Shown: positions 10,695 through 21,704, counted from the stretch's first letter. The stretch is 64,000 bases of DNA from an uncultured delta proteobacterium (GCA_963736855.1 CAVTQK010000009.1:512001-576000); one strand, 5' to 3'. A program made the numbers and translations. Notes: generated by a model from the sequence alone, not told the origin.

Positions 10695-11970
10695 TTTTCC
10701 CCCTGGATCGAACGGGCCGGATGTCGATTCTCAACGTGTCGCCATGAAACCGTTCCAGGAGATCGGGCTTGATTTTGAGCATGATCATCTCTGCAGGAAC
10801 CACGAATTTGAGCTTTTTCTCCAGGATCTCTCCCACTCGAACGATGCAGGGTTTCATCGGCGCCTTACAGCGCAGATAGATGGTATGGGCCCGTTCCGGG
10901 CTGAGGGAATGGGGGACGCAATAGCGCACATTGTCTCCCGGTACCAGCAGGATGTTATCCCGGGGCCGCTGAATCCCCTGTCCCCACTCGCCGGCAAAAC
11001 TCCCGGCCAGGATCGCTTCCCGGGTGACAAAATCGACCAGGTCGTGGACATGCAAGACGTTTCCGCAGGCGAAAACACCCGGCATGCTGGTTTCGAGCGT
11101 GCTGGACACCCGGGGACCTCCGGTCACCACGTCGAGTTGGATCCCCAGGCTCTGGGACAACTCGTTTTCCGGAATCAGGCCGATGGAAAGGAGCAAGGTG
11201 TCACACGGCACGTCCCGGCTCCGGCTCATGTCCGGTAAGAAATCCTGCCCCACCGGAGCCACGGTGACCTTTTCCACCCGATCCCGGCCGTGGATGTACG
11301 CCACGGTGTTTGAAAGATAAAGAGGGATGCCGAAATCCTCAAGGCACTGGACGACATTGCGCGTCAGTCCGTTGGAGAAAGGCATGATCTCGAAAACTCC
11401 TACTACTTCGCATCCCTCCAGGGTGAGTCGTCTGGCCATGATCAGGCCGATATCCCCGGAGCCCAGGATGGCGATGCGCCTTCCGGGCAGGTATCCTTTC
11501 ATGTTGACGAACTTTTGAGCCAGTCCGGCCGTCAGGATGCCGGACGGCCGTGTTCCCGGAATCCGGATGGCTCCACGGGTCCGTTCCCGGCATCCCATGG
11601 CCAAAACCACTGCTTTTGCCTTTACATGGACCATTCCCTTCCCCGGGTTCATGACTCGCACCGTCTTGATTCCGTCCGAATCGACGGCCACTCCGGAGAC
11701 ATAGCTTCCGGAGATCACGTCCACATCCTGGTCGATGACCTTTTCCAAAAAGCGTTGGGCATATTCCGGTCCGGTGAGGTCTTCGCGAAAATAATGGAGC
11801 CCGAAACCGGCGTGAATGCACTGCAAGAGGATTCCGCCGGGCTCGGGTTCCCGATCAAGGATCAAAATACGGCGGGCGCCGGAATCACGGGCTCCCAGGG
11901 CCGCTCCCATCCCGGCAGGTCCGCCGCCCACAATCGCCACATCGTATGCTTTTTTCATCCTTCCGAGCAT
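10687..11970 (-). CDS. NAD(P)/FAD-dependent oxidoreductase (pyridine nucleotide-disulfide family)
   Basis: [53 protein letters not shown]. Confidence 0.9.
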   Translation of the reverse strand: MLGRMKKAYDVAIVGGGPAGMGAALGARDSGARRILILDREPEPGGILLQCIHAGFGLHYFREDLTGPEYAQRFLEKVIDQDVDVISGSYVSGVAVDSDGIKTVRVMNPGKGMVHVKAKAVVLAMGCRERTRGAIRIPGTRPSGILTAGLAQKFVNMKGYLPGRRIAILGSGDIGLIMARRLTLEGCEVVGVFEIMPFSNGLTRNVVQCLEDFGIPLYLSNTVAYIHGRDRVEKVTVAPVGQDFLPDMSRSRDVPCDTLLLSIGLIPENELSQSLGIQLDVVTGGPRVSSTLETSMPGVFACGNVLHVHDLVDFVTREAILAGSFAGEWGQGIQRPRDNILLVPGDNVRYCVPHSLSPERAHTIYLRCKAPMKPCIVRVGEILEKKLKFVVPAEMIMLKIKPDLLERFHGDTLRIDIRPVRSRGKNA

Positions 11971-13424
11971 GGCGACTCCTCCCTTTTGGTTTCTGCGGAC
12001 GGGGAGTCGTCTCTGGGAATGACGATCCAGGAATCGCCGCCGCGTTTGGTGATCCGTTCAAAGGGTTGCCCGGTGCGAGCGGCCAGGATGTCCATGCAAC
12101 GCGCCGTACAAAAGCCCCCTTGACACCGCCCCATCCCGGCCCGACTCCGGAACTTGATGCCGTCCAGTGTGCGGGCGCCGTGATCGATGGCATGATGAAC
12201 CTCCGCCTCGGTCACCAATTCGCACCGGCACACCACCTTGGCAAACAACGGGTTTTGACGAATGAGGCGCGACTGTTTTTCCGTGGACAACGTGGCAAAT
12301 CGGGGCGGCGCCTGCACAAACGGATCGAAGTCTTTCTTTTCCTCAAGGCGCAGCCCTTCGGCTTTCAAGATTTCCCGTACATACTCGGCAATGGCAGGCG
12401 AGGCGGTCAGGCCGGGAGACTGGATGCCGGCCACGTTGATGAAACCCTTCACCTTGGTCGGACCGATGATGAAGTCGTTAGTGTTGCTGACGGCCCGAAG
12501 CCCGGCAAATTCTGTGATGGTGTCCTTTTCGGTGATGGAGCTACAAAGTCCTTTGATGAAAGAAAAGACCTCCGCCGCACCTTCGTAGGTGGTGGAAAGG
12601 TCCCACCGGTCCGGGGTGTCCCAGGCAGTGGGGCCCACCATGAGGGTTCCGTCATAAGTCGGAATGATCAGTATCCCCTTGGTGTGTTTTTGAGGAACGG
12701 GGAAGATGAGGTGCCGAACGATCCCTTTGAGGCGTTTGTCCAGCATGTACTCTTCACCCTTTCGGGGATGAATGGTGAAATCGTCTATGCCAACCATATG
12801 AGAGATGTGATCGGCAAATATACCGGCACAATTGATGACAAAACGCGATTCGATACGTTCTCGGGGCGTTTGCAGGAGCAATCCGGCCCCGGTGACGTCG
12901 ATGCCCTCTACCGGACTGTCCACCTTCAGCGATACGCCGTTTGCCACCGCATTTTCGATGAGAGAGAAAGCGAACTCATAGGGGTTGATCACCCCGGCGG
13001 AAGGGGCATAAAGAGCGGTGATCAGGTCTTTGGAGAGGTTCGGCTCCTCCCGCATGAGACGATCGCGTTCCCACATCTCAAGCCCGGGAACCCCCTTCCG
13101 ATCGCCCTGCTCTTTTAAATGCAACAGAACCTTGACTTCGGCATCATTTTTGGCCACCACGAGTTCACCAATACGGGAAAATCCGAAGTTCAGCTCCTTA
13201 GAGAGGGTGTCGAAGAGTGCGTTTCCGCGGACCACAAGCCTTCCTTTCAGTGTGTCCGGAGAGCTGTGATGTCCGGCGTGAACGATACCGCTGTTGGTTT
13301 TGCTGGTGCCGAACCCTACTTCAGCATACTTTTCCAATAAAACCACATCGATCCGATATCGGGACAGCTCTCTGGCGATGGCACATCCGGTCACCCCCCC
13401 GCCGATGATGGCAACATCATGCAT
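11955..13424 (-). CDS. FAD-dependent glycerol-3-phosphate dehydrogenase-like oxidoreductase with C-terminal BFD-like [2Fe-2S] domain
   Basis: [51 protein letters not shown]. Confidence 0.85.
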   Translation of the reverse strand: MHDVAIIGGGVTGCAIARELSRYRIDVVLLEKYAEVGFGTSKTNSGIVHAGHHSSPDTLKGRLVVRGNALFDTLSKELNFGFSRIGELVVAKNDAEVKVLLHLKEQGDRKGVPGLEMWERDRLMREEPNLSKDLITALYAPSAGVINPYEFAFSLIENAVANGVSLKVDSPVEGIDVTGAGLLLQTPRERIESRFVINCAGIFADHISHMVGIDDFTIHPRKGEEYMLDKRLKGIVRHLIFPVPQKHTKGILIIPTYDGTLMVGPTAWDTPDRWDLSTTYEGAAEVFSFIKGLCSSITEKDTITEFAGLRAVSNTNDFIIGPTKVKGFINVAGIQSPGLTASPAIAEYVREILKAEGLRLEEKKDFDPFVQAPPRFATLSTEKQSRLIRQNPLFAKVVCRCELVTEAEVHHAIDHGARTLDGIKFRSRAGMGRCQGGFCTARCMDILAARTGQPFERITKRGGDSWIVIPRDDSPSAETKREESPCSEG

Positions 13425-13441
13425 CCGATGCCCTTTCTGTC

Positions 13442-14383
13442 TCAATCCGGAAAATAGTATAAATTGCTGGTCACATAAATGACGATCGTAAAAAGGCAGG
13501 CAAGAAGCGGTGTCAGTCCCCATCCTAAAATGATATGACCCAGCATGCGTCGGTTGACCGTTTTAACGCTTCGTATGATCCCGATTCCCAAAACGCCGCC
13601 GACCGTGGCGTGGGAAGTGGAAACCGGAACACCGATCCAGGTGAAGATATGTGTCGTAAGCCCCATGGCCAGGACCACGATTAAGGCTGAAAAGGGTTCC
13701 ACCCTGACCAACCCTCTCCCCACGGTCTCCATAACCGGCCGGCCGAAGGTTAAAATGCCTAGCGCGATGCTCAACCCCCCGAAGAGGGCGGCGTTGAATG
13801 CGGTCAAAGAACCTGCTCCTACAAAAACCGCCGAGACATTGGCCACATTGTTCGCCCCCAGGGAGTAAGCGCCGTAGGCTCCCGAGCAGATCAGGCCGAC
13901 TTTAAGCAGCCGGTCGGATTGAAAGTGGTTCAGATTCATGCGGTTATACACGCGCCCCAGAAGGTGATACAGCAAAACGGCGACCAATGCACTTCCGATG
14001 GGGGTGGCAACCCAGCAGATCACCACTTTGCCCAATCCCGAAAGGTCCAGCCTGTGGCTGACAACGCCGATCCCTATAATGGCCCCGACGACGGCCTGGG
14101 AGGTGGATATCGGTAGCCCGAAGAGGGTCATGAGCGTCACGGTTATCGCAGCCCCCACCGAACATATGGCGGCCTTTTTCAAGCTGAAGGTGGTCAGCCC
14201 CTTCAATGTCTCGATTCCGGCCTGCCCTTCCAGAATGGCGCCGAGCACCACAAAAACGGCTGCGGTTGCCGCCGCCGTATAAAATCGGATCATCCGGGAT
14301 GAAACCGCAGTTCCAAAGGCGTTGGCAGCATCATTGGCCCCTAATGACCACCCTAGAAAAAGACCTCCCAAAAGCGAGAGCAT
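13442..14383 (-). CDS. Inorganic phosphate transporter, PiT family
   Basis: GANDAANAFGT and GANNVAN signatures, PISTSQ/PVSTSH. Confidence 0.92.
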   Translation of the reverse strand: MLSLLGGLFLGWSLGANDAANAFGTAVSSRMIRFYTAAATAAVFVVLGAILEGQAGIETLKGLTTFSLKKAAICSVGAAITVTLMTLFGLPISTSQAVVGAIIGIGVVSHRLDLSGLGKVVICWVATPIGSALVAVLLYHLLGRVYNRMNLNHFQSDRLLKVGLICSGAYGAYSLGANNVANVSAVFVGAGSLTAFNAALFGGLSIALGILTFGRPVMETVGRGLVRVEPFSALIVVLAMGLTTHIFTWIGVPVSTSHATVGGVLGIGIIRSVKTVNRRMLGHIILGWGLTPLLACLFTIVIYVTSNLYYFPD

Positions 14384-15033
14384 TATACCCGTCGTTTCAT
14401 GTTGATGATGTTGATCCGCTTGGAAACCTGGTCCGCCTGATCCGAGATTTCCCCGATCTGGACGATAAGATCTTTGAGTTGCAGCTTCAGGAACGGGTCG
14501 GTTTTGGATTCAAAAAGTTTGGTGATGGTCCGTCGTTCGATGCGGTCGCAATGGCTTTCATGGGTGTCGATAACGTTCACCAAGTCCCGAATACTCTCGT
14601 TTTTCTTGAACAAGGCAACGGCCTGCCTTCGCATCAAACTGCTGCATTCCATGCTCAACTGGACCAGCTCCATGATATCGGGCAGGAGGAAGTTCGGGAT
14701 CTCCAATTTCTGAGTCTGAATGATATAGAGTATCCGCTCGAACAGGCGGGGGACGACGTCAATGGCTTCCAGGAGCCCCATAATATCTCCCCGAGCATCG
14801 GGGATGAGGGCTTTGCTGTACATCATCCCCTTGATTTCTTCCCGAATATCGTCCGCTTTGGATTCGAATTTGTGGGTTCTTTCGATGAAAAAGTCGAAGT
14901 TCTCACAAAACGGATTGTCAATGCAGGAGGTAAAAGCCTTTAAAAAATTTTCCTGGGTGCGCTCAACGTTGTCCAGGTACTCGTAAATGAGCGCTTCAAC
15001 CCGCTGTTCCTTCTTGAATAAGAAGCTGAGCAT
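14383..15033 (-). CDS. DUF47 / PhoU-like Pit accessory protein
   Basis: ESKADDIR..IPDARGDI..ESHCD helical repeats; coupled to pit. Confidence 0.88.
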   Translation of the reverse strand: MLSFLFKKEQRVEALIYEYLDNVERTQENFLKAFTSCIDNPFCENFDFFIERTHKFESKADDIREEIKGMMYSKALIPDARGDIMGLLEAIDVVPRLFERILYIIQTQKLEIPNFLLPDIMELVQLSMECSSLMRRQAVALFKKNESIRDLVNVIDTHESHCDRIERRTITKLFESKTDPFLKLQLKDLIVQIGEISDQADQVSKRINIINMKRRV

Positions 15034-15181
15034 ATCCGCAACTCCGAGTCGTCGTTTATATTAGAGCACAGATAGCTCTTGTATCATAATTTCTTTCCCT
15101 TTCAAAAAAAATCGTAATGTCGGCGGCAGAACAGACGGGACCGTCTCCGCCGCGGGCAACAGCAACGGCATGTCAACAGGA

Positions 15182-16489
15182 TTACCGGATCACAATCCAG
15201 AAAAGGCGGGCCGCGGTGGATCCCGCATTCCACCAGCCATGGGGTGTGGCGCTGGTGAGGGAAATCACGTCTTCCTCACGGCAGGTATGGTCAAACTCCT
15301 CCAACCGAAAGCTGATCTCTCCTGAAAGCACGCACCCCATTTCCTCTCCCTTGCAATCCAGGAAATGCCCGCTGACCGAAGCGTCGGGCGGCATCTCCAC
15401 GAGGTAGGCTTCCCCTTTCCCTTGGAAATCGACCGGTGTCAACCGCCGGATACGAATATTTTCCGCAACGCTTTTCGACTTAACCTCGACGGCCTCGGAA
15501 GCCTGAAAAACGATCCGCTTCCCAATCGACTCCGACTCTCTGAAAAAGGACCGCACATCCACCGCAAGGACATCGGCTATCTTGATGAGGGTGGACAAAG
15601 AAGGATAAATCTGATTGCCTTCCACCTGGGATATGCTGCTGGATGTTACGCCGACGCGCTTGGCCAATTCCGCCTGAGACAGACCCTGGCGTTTCCGCAT
15701 TTCCCTCAGACGCCGCCCGATATCCAGACGCCAGGAAGTTCCCTTTTCCGTGTCGATTCGGACTGCTAATTCTTTTGCCCAATAGATGTATGGCTGGTTC
15801 TGAGCTTCCAGGTCACGCTTCTCGGCCTTCAGGATGGCCAGAGAAGTGACCCCTCTTTTCACGGAAAGCTCGATGGCCACCTGGGCGATGCGATTGATCT
15901 GAGCCCGCAGTCGGGGGGAGTGGGCGTGTTTCTCGAGAATCCAGTAGGCGATTGTGTTCAGCTCATAAAGCCTCGGACACGAGTGGGAATAAAACCGGAT
16001 GACGGCCTCTTCACTTCCCCAAAGCTCCTGCATCCCGGTTAAACTCTCGAAAACCAGACGCACGTCTCCTGAAAACCTGGAGTGAATCCCATAAACGGCC
16101 TCCATCACGGATTCAGCGTTTCCGGGATGTTGAATCCGCTCGATTCGGCAGGTCGGGTGTCGATTCTTCTCTTCATAAAACTTAAGAAAGATATCCGAAC
16201 CGCCTCCTTTTCCGCAGGAAAAACAATCCAGGATCACGAGTCGGTCATAATGGGCCAGTTCCCCCAGCTTCTCGGTGAGGTTTTTGGGAGACCGATCAAA
16301 GGAAATATAGAGGATCGGCTTTTTTTGCGACTCCGACATTCGGATAAAATTGACACAAAACACATCGGCCAGACTCCCCGAGTCGTCGTGCCAGACCACA
16401 TTGTCTCCGATATAAAGGCCATTCAAGAGCCGGTCCAGTTGTTCGACCCCCGACGGCACGCTGATGAAATGAGGCATCGGTTTTTCCAT
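15182..16489 (-). CDS. Transcriptional regulator: RecA/KaiC-like N-terminal domain + XRE HTH + cupin
   Basis: SGVEQLDRLLNGL start; IGRRLREMRKRQGLSQAELAKRVGVTSSSISQVE HTH; GEEMGCVLSG..PHGW cupin. Confidence 0.8.
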   Translation of the reverse strand: MEKPMPHFISVPSGVEQLDRLLNGLYIGDNVVWHDDSGSLADVFCVNFIRMSESQKKPILYISFDRSPKNLTEKLGELAHYDRLVILDCFSCGKGGGSDIFLKFYEEKNRHPTCRIERIQHPGNAESVMEAVYGIHSRFSGDVRLVFESLTGMQELWGSEEAVIRFYSHSCPRLYELNTIAYWILEKHAHSPRLRAQINRIAQVAIELSVKRGVTSLAILKAEKRDLEAQNQPYIYWAKELAVRIDTEKGTSWRLDIGRRLREMRKRQGLSQAELAKRVGVTSSSISQVEGNQIYPSLSTLIKIADVLAVDVRSFFRESESIGKRIVFQASEAVEVKSKSVAENIRIRRLTPVDFQGKGEAYLVEMPPDASVSGHFLDCKGEEMGCVLSGEISFRLEEFDHTCREEDVISLTSATPHGWWNAGSTAARLFWIVIR

Positions 16490-16881
16490 CGTTCACCCCT
16501 GTTTAGGATTGGATACGGTGCAAAGCTTACGATGTCAACCAAAAGCAAAACGATAATGCTCCGCATCCATTGTAACTCATATCCATACTAAAATATTAGG
16601 GGGGTGTCCACTTAACTCAGGTACCCCTTGCCCAGAAAAACGCTTGGAACTCCGTACATGGCTTTTGCCGATCGATTCTTGTCAGAATACCATAGACACT
16701 TTCAGTCCGGCGGTTCGGTATCCATCGATGCGCCGGTTCTTTTATCAGCCGAGTCACAGCCGGATTTTATCTGAGTTCCGGCGCAGGAAATAAATGATTC
16801 GCAAACCTCCGTGAGATGTGGTATTGAGCTTCGAATCGGTGATAAGGATGGTTTCTCGTAACTTAAAGAAAGGAGGACGAA

Positions 16882-18184
16882 ATGAGGAAGAGAGCCCTGA
16901 CAAAAACGTTTTTCATGGTCCTGGTAATCGCGTTTTGCCTTCTTCCCTTTGTGGGACAAGCCCAGGCCGCGGATAAAGTGGGCTGGGTCGGACCCATCTA
17001 CAAGGAACTGGCAGATAGCCTGACCAAGGGATTCAAGGAGTTCTACAAGAATACTCACGGCAAAGAGGTGGATATCACCTTCGTGCATCCCGGCGGCTGG
17101 CCGGTCTGTGTGGACAAGGTGCGGGCGTGGGGAGATAAACCGGATGCCGACATCTTTTTGGGAGCAGGCGCTCCGGCGCATGAGGTACTGAAAAAAGAAG
17201 GGCGAATCGTCCCCTACAAGCCGAAGGAGTTGGGAAAAGATTCCCGCCGAATGGCGTGGCTTTAAAGTTAAAGACACCGACGGATGGTGGACATGCTTTT
17301 CACCCTGGATCGTCACCAACCTTTACAACGAGAAGGTCTTAGAGGCCCTGCGACTGCCCCCCGCCTAAGACGTGGAAGGATCTTTTAAATCCCATATACC
17401 GGGGCAACATCGTCTCAAACCCTCCCATACGCCTCCGGCACCCAGCACGAGGTGGTGGAGATCCTCATTCAGGCTTTCGGAGAAAAGGAAGGGTGGGCCT
17501 ACAACCGATTACTGGCGGCCCAGTTGGCCCGTTTTTCCACCGGGAGCACCGATACGACCCACATCGTGAGTCGCGGCGAGGCCCCCATCGGAATCGCCCA
17601 GCCCCAGATGAATGCCATGGTGGCGCGCAAAGACGGCTATCCTGTCCGAGATCTCCTCCCGGATAAAACCATCCTCGCCCCTGAAGCCGTGGCCCTGCTC
17701 AAGGGTGCACCCAATGAAGCAGCGGGAAAAATCTTTCTGGACTGGCTGTTCAGCATGGACGGACAGAAATATGTGCTGGAAGGGAGGCTACTTCCCGGCA
17801 AGGACCGACATCAACTTCTCTGCCTGGGAAAAGTCGGGGATCGCCATGGCCAAGCACGCCAAGGATGCCCTGGGTGTGGATTCGTTCTGGGATTTGAAGG
17901 TGGATTTGATCTCTTACGATCTCGATCTTGCCACCAAGCGATGGGATGAAGTCAACCGCTATTATGAATACGAGATCTATCGGAAATGGGGCGAACTGAA
18001 AAGCAGCCTCTTTCTGATCGAAGAGGTGGAAGGGGAAGTCGGTTCCGCCAAAGCCAAGAAAATCGACGTGACAAAAGCCGAGGCAAAGATCAAGGATGCC
18101 CGGAAACTCTTCGAAATCGACGGCGATTATGCGGCGGCCCGCCTGGCGGCAACCCAGGCGCGTGCACTCCTTGCCGCCCAATAA
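16882..18184 (+). CDS. ABC substrate-binding protein, Fe3+/polyamine family (several frameshifts)
   Basis: AGGAGG RBS, signal peptide, PDADIFLG, WKDLLNPIY, FLDWLFS.DGQ across ORFs 16882, 17452 and 17612. Confidence 0.75.
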
Positions 18185-18217
18185 GGCTTTCATAATAAAA
18201 GCTGCATTCGGTCCGCG

Positions 18218-18253
18218 TATGAAGTGCGGGCGTGTCTGCGCCCGCACTTCATA
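18218..18253. repeat. Perfect 15-bp inverted repeat (REP-like intercistronic hairpin)
   Basis: tatgaagtgcgggcg-tgtctg-cgcccgcacttcata between the SBP and permease genes. Confidence 0.75.
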
Positions 18254-18275
18254 TCTTTAAACGACAGGACGCGCT

Positions 18276-19952
18276 ATGTCTCGCGGAAATTTTCTGCTGG
18301 CATCACTTCTTTGGCTGGTCATCGCCTTTCTTGTGATTTATCCGTTGTCGATTCTCCTTTTGGAAAGCTTCAAGATCTTCGAAGGCAAGAGCTGGGGTGT
18401 CGGCAATTATCTTGAATTTTTCAGTGATACCTATTATCTTAAAACCTTTGGAAATACGCTGTTTCTCAGCGCCCTGGTGCTGGTGACGAGCACCCTTTTC
18501 GGTATTCCCCTTGCCTACATCCTGGCGCGATACCGGCAGCACGGAAAAACGATCTTTACGGCTCTTATTCTTCTGCCCATCGTCCTTCCCGCCTACGCCG
18601 GCATCTTTGCCTTCATTATCTTTTTCGGTAAATACGGAACGGTCAACCTGCTTTTGATGAATGCCGGGCTGATCGAAAAGCCCATCAACTTCATCTACGG
18701 ATTCCATGGCCTGGTGTTCATCCAGGCCCTGCACATGCTCCCGTTTATCGTTTTGAGTCTTTCGGCAGGATTTACCAATATCGATCCGGCCTTCGAAGAG
18801 GCCGCCGAGGTCGAGGGGGCAAGCGGCTTTAAACGATTCATCACCGTTACGCTCCCCTTATGCACCCCGAGCTACCTGGCAGGCGCCGTGATTGTTTTTC
18901 TATGGCCCTTCACCGACTGGCTGACCCCGCTGATTTTGGGGCAGGTGGACTTTCTCCCTTCTGTCGCATACATCAACATCGCCTATCACTTCACGGACAT
19001 GCATCGCAAATACATGGGGATCGTGGCGGTGGTCGTCTCTTCCATCGTCTGCATCGTCCTCTTCCTGATCGCCCGCTGGTGGGTCGAAAGAAAAAAATAC
19101 ACCGGACTTTCCAAAGGGACCACTTCCGAGGGCAGGGTCATTGAGCCTGGTCTTTTGATTAAATCCGGTTCTTATCTATACATGATCTTCATCGCCGCCC
19201 TGGTCCTCTTGATACCGATCGTTTTGGGGTTGTCCGCCTTTTCGAGGCGCTGGGTCTTCGAGCCGTTTCCGACTTATTGGACCCTGGAAAATTTCAGGGT
19301 CATTCTGCTGGAAACGCCGCTGTTAATCCGGAACTCTTTTGTCTTCAGCATCATCGCGCTGATTTTCGGGGTCCTTTTCGGTCTTCCGGCGGCCTATCTC
19401 ATCGTCCGAACCCGGGTCCCGGGAAAAAACGCCCTCGACTTTATGATCACCCTCATGCTGGCTTTCCCGGGCATGGCCGTCGGCGTGAGTTATCTGCTGG
19501 CCTTCTGGGAGGGGATCCCCCTGGCCACCCATTGGATCATCATGCCCCTGGCGCTCTTTTCCCGCCGCCTTCCTTACTTCCTTCGCATGGCGCATTCCTC
19601 CTACCTTCAGTTGGATGTTTCCCTCGAGGAAGCCTCCGAAGTCTCCGGGGTGGGCAAATTCAGGACCTTTATAAGCATCTCTTTACCGCTGCTCCTCAAG
19701 GGGGTCCTGGTGGGTGTGGTGATGTTTTTCATCATGGCCTTCCAGGAAATCTCCACTGCCATTTTTCTGTACCGGGGAGGATGGGAAACGCTTCCCATCG
19801 GGATTTTTTTGAACTGGCACCGTGGAATGGAATTCGGGATCGCCGCAGCCATGGCGTTTATAATGATCGTCATCACCTTTATCCTGCTTCTCATTATAGC
19901 CAGAATCGGGGGGGGGATGCTCAAGGCAGCCTGGGGTCCGGGAGGAAGTTGA
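18276..19952 (+). CDS. ABC transporter permease, FbpB-like, two TM modules
   Basis: EEAAEVEGA and EEASEVSGV EAA loops, many TM helices. Confidence 0.9.
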   Translation: MSRGNFLLASLLWLVIAFLVIYPLSILLLESFKIFEGKSWGVGNYLEFFSDTYYLKTFGNTLFLSALVLVTSTLFGIPLAYILARYRQHGKTIFTALILLPIVLPAYAGIFAFIIFFGKYGTVNLLLMNAGLIEKPINFIYGFHGLVFIQALHMLPFIVLSLSAGFTNIDPAFEEAAEVEGASGFKRFITVTLPLCTPSYLAGAVIVFLWPFTDWLTPLILGQVDFLPSVAYINIAYHFTDMHRKYMGIVAVVVSSIVCIVLFLIARWWVERKKYTGLSKGTTSEGRVIEPGLLIKSGSYLYMIFIAALVLLIPIVLGLSAFSRRWVFEPFPTYWTLENFRVILLETPLLIRNSFVFSIIALIFGVLFGLPAAYLIVRTRVPGKNALDFMITLMLAFPGMAVGVSYLLAFWEGIPLATHWIIMPLALFSRRLPYFLRMAHSSYLQLDVSLEEASEVSGVGKFRTFISISLPLLLKGVLVGVVMFFIMAFQEISTAIFLYRGGWETLPIGIFLNWHRGMEFGIAAAMAFIMIVITFILLLIIARIGGGMLKAAWGPGGS

Positions 19953-20023
19953 TCTTCTCAAAACTGATCCGCGCAAACAGAGGTTCGGTTCCCCAATCCC
20001 TTTTTTAAAGGAGAATCGGTTCC

Positions 20024-21106
20024 ATGGCTTTTATAGAAATTAAAAACCTTTTCAAACGTTACAAATCCGTTGTGGCGGTGAACCGTATTTGTCTCGAAGT
20101 GAAACAGGGGGAACTGCTGACGCTATTAGGGCCCAGCGGGTGCGGCAAGACGACCATCCTTCGATGCATCGCCGGCCTGGAGAGACCGGAGGAGGGAGAC
20201 ATTATCATCGATGGGAACTCCGTGCTGTTGAACGGATTTGTCCCCCCCTCCAAACGGGGAATCGGCATGGTGTTTCAAAACTATGCGGTCTGGCCCCACA
20301 TGAAAGTGTTCCAAAACGTCAGCTACGGGCTCAAGCTCCAAAAGATTTCTAAAAAGAACATTCTGGAACGAGCGCTAGCGGTGTTGGAACTGGTTGGACT
20401 TTCCGGTCTGGAAAACCGCTACCCCGGACAATTAAGCGGCGGCCAGCAGCAGAGAGTGGCGCTTGCCCGAGCGCTGGTGAGAAATCCCAAGGTGCTTCTT
20501 CTGGATGAACCGTTGAGTAATCTGGATGCCAAATTGAGGGAAAAAATGCGCTTTGAAATCAAAAGCCTGGTGCGGCGGATGGGTATCACAACTGTTTATG
20601 TCACCCATGATCAGGCCGAAGCCATGGTGATCTCCGACCGCATTGCGGTCATTGAATCGGGAAAGATCGTTCAGATCGGTGCGCCGCTTCAAATCTATGA
20701 AACTCCTGCCAACCGCTTTGTCGCCGATTTCATCGGTACGACCAACTTCATATCCGGGGAGATCATCGGGTCGCCCCGGGATCCGGATTCGATTTATCTG
20801 AAAACCGGCTTTTCCGATCAAATGCGCTGCCGGACAAGCACTTCAATCGACACCTCGCCAGGAAGTAAGGTCCATGCCTCCATTCGTCCTGAAGATGTGC
20901 AGGTCTTTTCGGAGTCCCCGGAAATTTCAGAAAATCTTTTCAAAGGCTCCATCGCCCACATGGCTTATCTGGGTAATTTCATGGTTCTCTTCGTCGATTT
21001 GGACGGCACAGAGATTCGGGTTCAGGTATCCCATCACCTCCCGCAGAAGGAAGGAGACACGGTTTTTCTTTACCTGAATCCTGAAAAATGCGTGATCCTG
21101 CCCTGA
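20024..21106 (+). CDS. ABC transporter ATP-binding protein
   Basis: GPSGCGKTT, LSGGQQQRVA, LLLDEPLSNLDAKLR. Confidence 0.92.
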   Translation: MAFIEIKNLFKRYKSVVAVNRICLEVKQGELLTLLGPSGCGKTTILRCIAGLERPEEGDIIIDGNSVLLNGFVPPSKRGIGMVFQNYAVWPHMKVFQNVSYGLKLQKISKKNILERALAVLELVGLSGLENRYPGQLSGGQQQRVALARALVRNPKVLLLDEPLSNLDAKLREKMRFEIKSLVRRMGITTVYVTHDQAEAMVISDRIAVIESGKIVQIGAPLQIYETPANRFVADFIGTTNFISGEIIGSPRDPDSIYLKTGFSDQMRCRTSTSIDTSPGSKVHASIRPEDVQVFSESPEISENLFKGSIAHMAYLGNFMVLFVDLDGTEIRVQVSHHLPQKEGDTVFLYLNPEKCVILP

Positions 21107-21244
21107 TGAGTTCGCCTTTGCAGTAATCGTAAATTGCCGTTCTTTTTTGGATTCGAGTTATACCTTGATTATTTGAGGATTTTTGCTAAAAGATTGTTCG
21201 GTCGGCAATAATGGCATTTACCGGATAAAAGCCCGTTACAAACA

Positions 21245-21691
21245 ATGTATCGCTCAGGAAAAAAATTCATGGAACGCCTTCCCGCAGGGAAGGACATCCT
21301 CAAAAATATCGAGGAGATTTGTGTAAAGCATACCGTTCAGATGGCGGTCTTTTGCATCATCGGAGCGGTTCGTTCGGCAACACTGGGCGTTTTCGATCAG
21401 AAGCAGCAGGTTTACGTCACCCGAAAAGAAGAAAGTCCTTTTGAAATTATCAGCTGCTTGGGGAACATCTCCATACAAGACGGAAACCCGGTTGCCCATG
21501 CCAAGATCATGCTGGCGGATGAAAAGAACCGGGTATTGGGCGGACACCTTTTTTCTGATACGCTTTTATTTTACGGGGAACTGTATCTTGAGGAAATCGA
21601 GGGGTTCCCCTTAGAAAGACAATACGACGAATCCAGCGGCCTTTTCCTGTGGCCGTTCAACAAACTTGATACATCGTTTCGCTCTACCTGA
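21245..21691 (+). CDS. PPC/DUF296 domain protein
   Basis: IGAV..ATLG, EIISCLGNI, HAKI.LAD..GGHL. Confidence 0.8.
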   Translation: MYRSGKKFMERLPAGKDILKNIEEICVKHTVQMAVFCIIGAVRSATLGVFDQKQQVYVTRKEESPFEIISCLGNISIQDGNPVAHAKIMLADEKNRVLGGHLFSDTLLFYGELYLEEIEGFPLERQYDESSGLFLWPFNKLDTSFRST

Positions 21692-21704
21692 CAAAGGAGG
21701 CACC

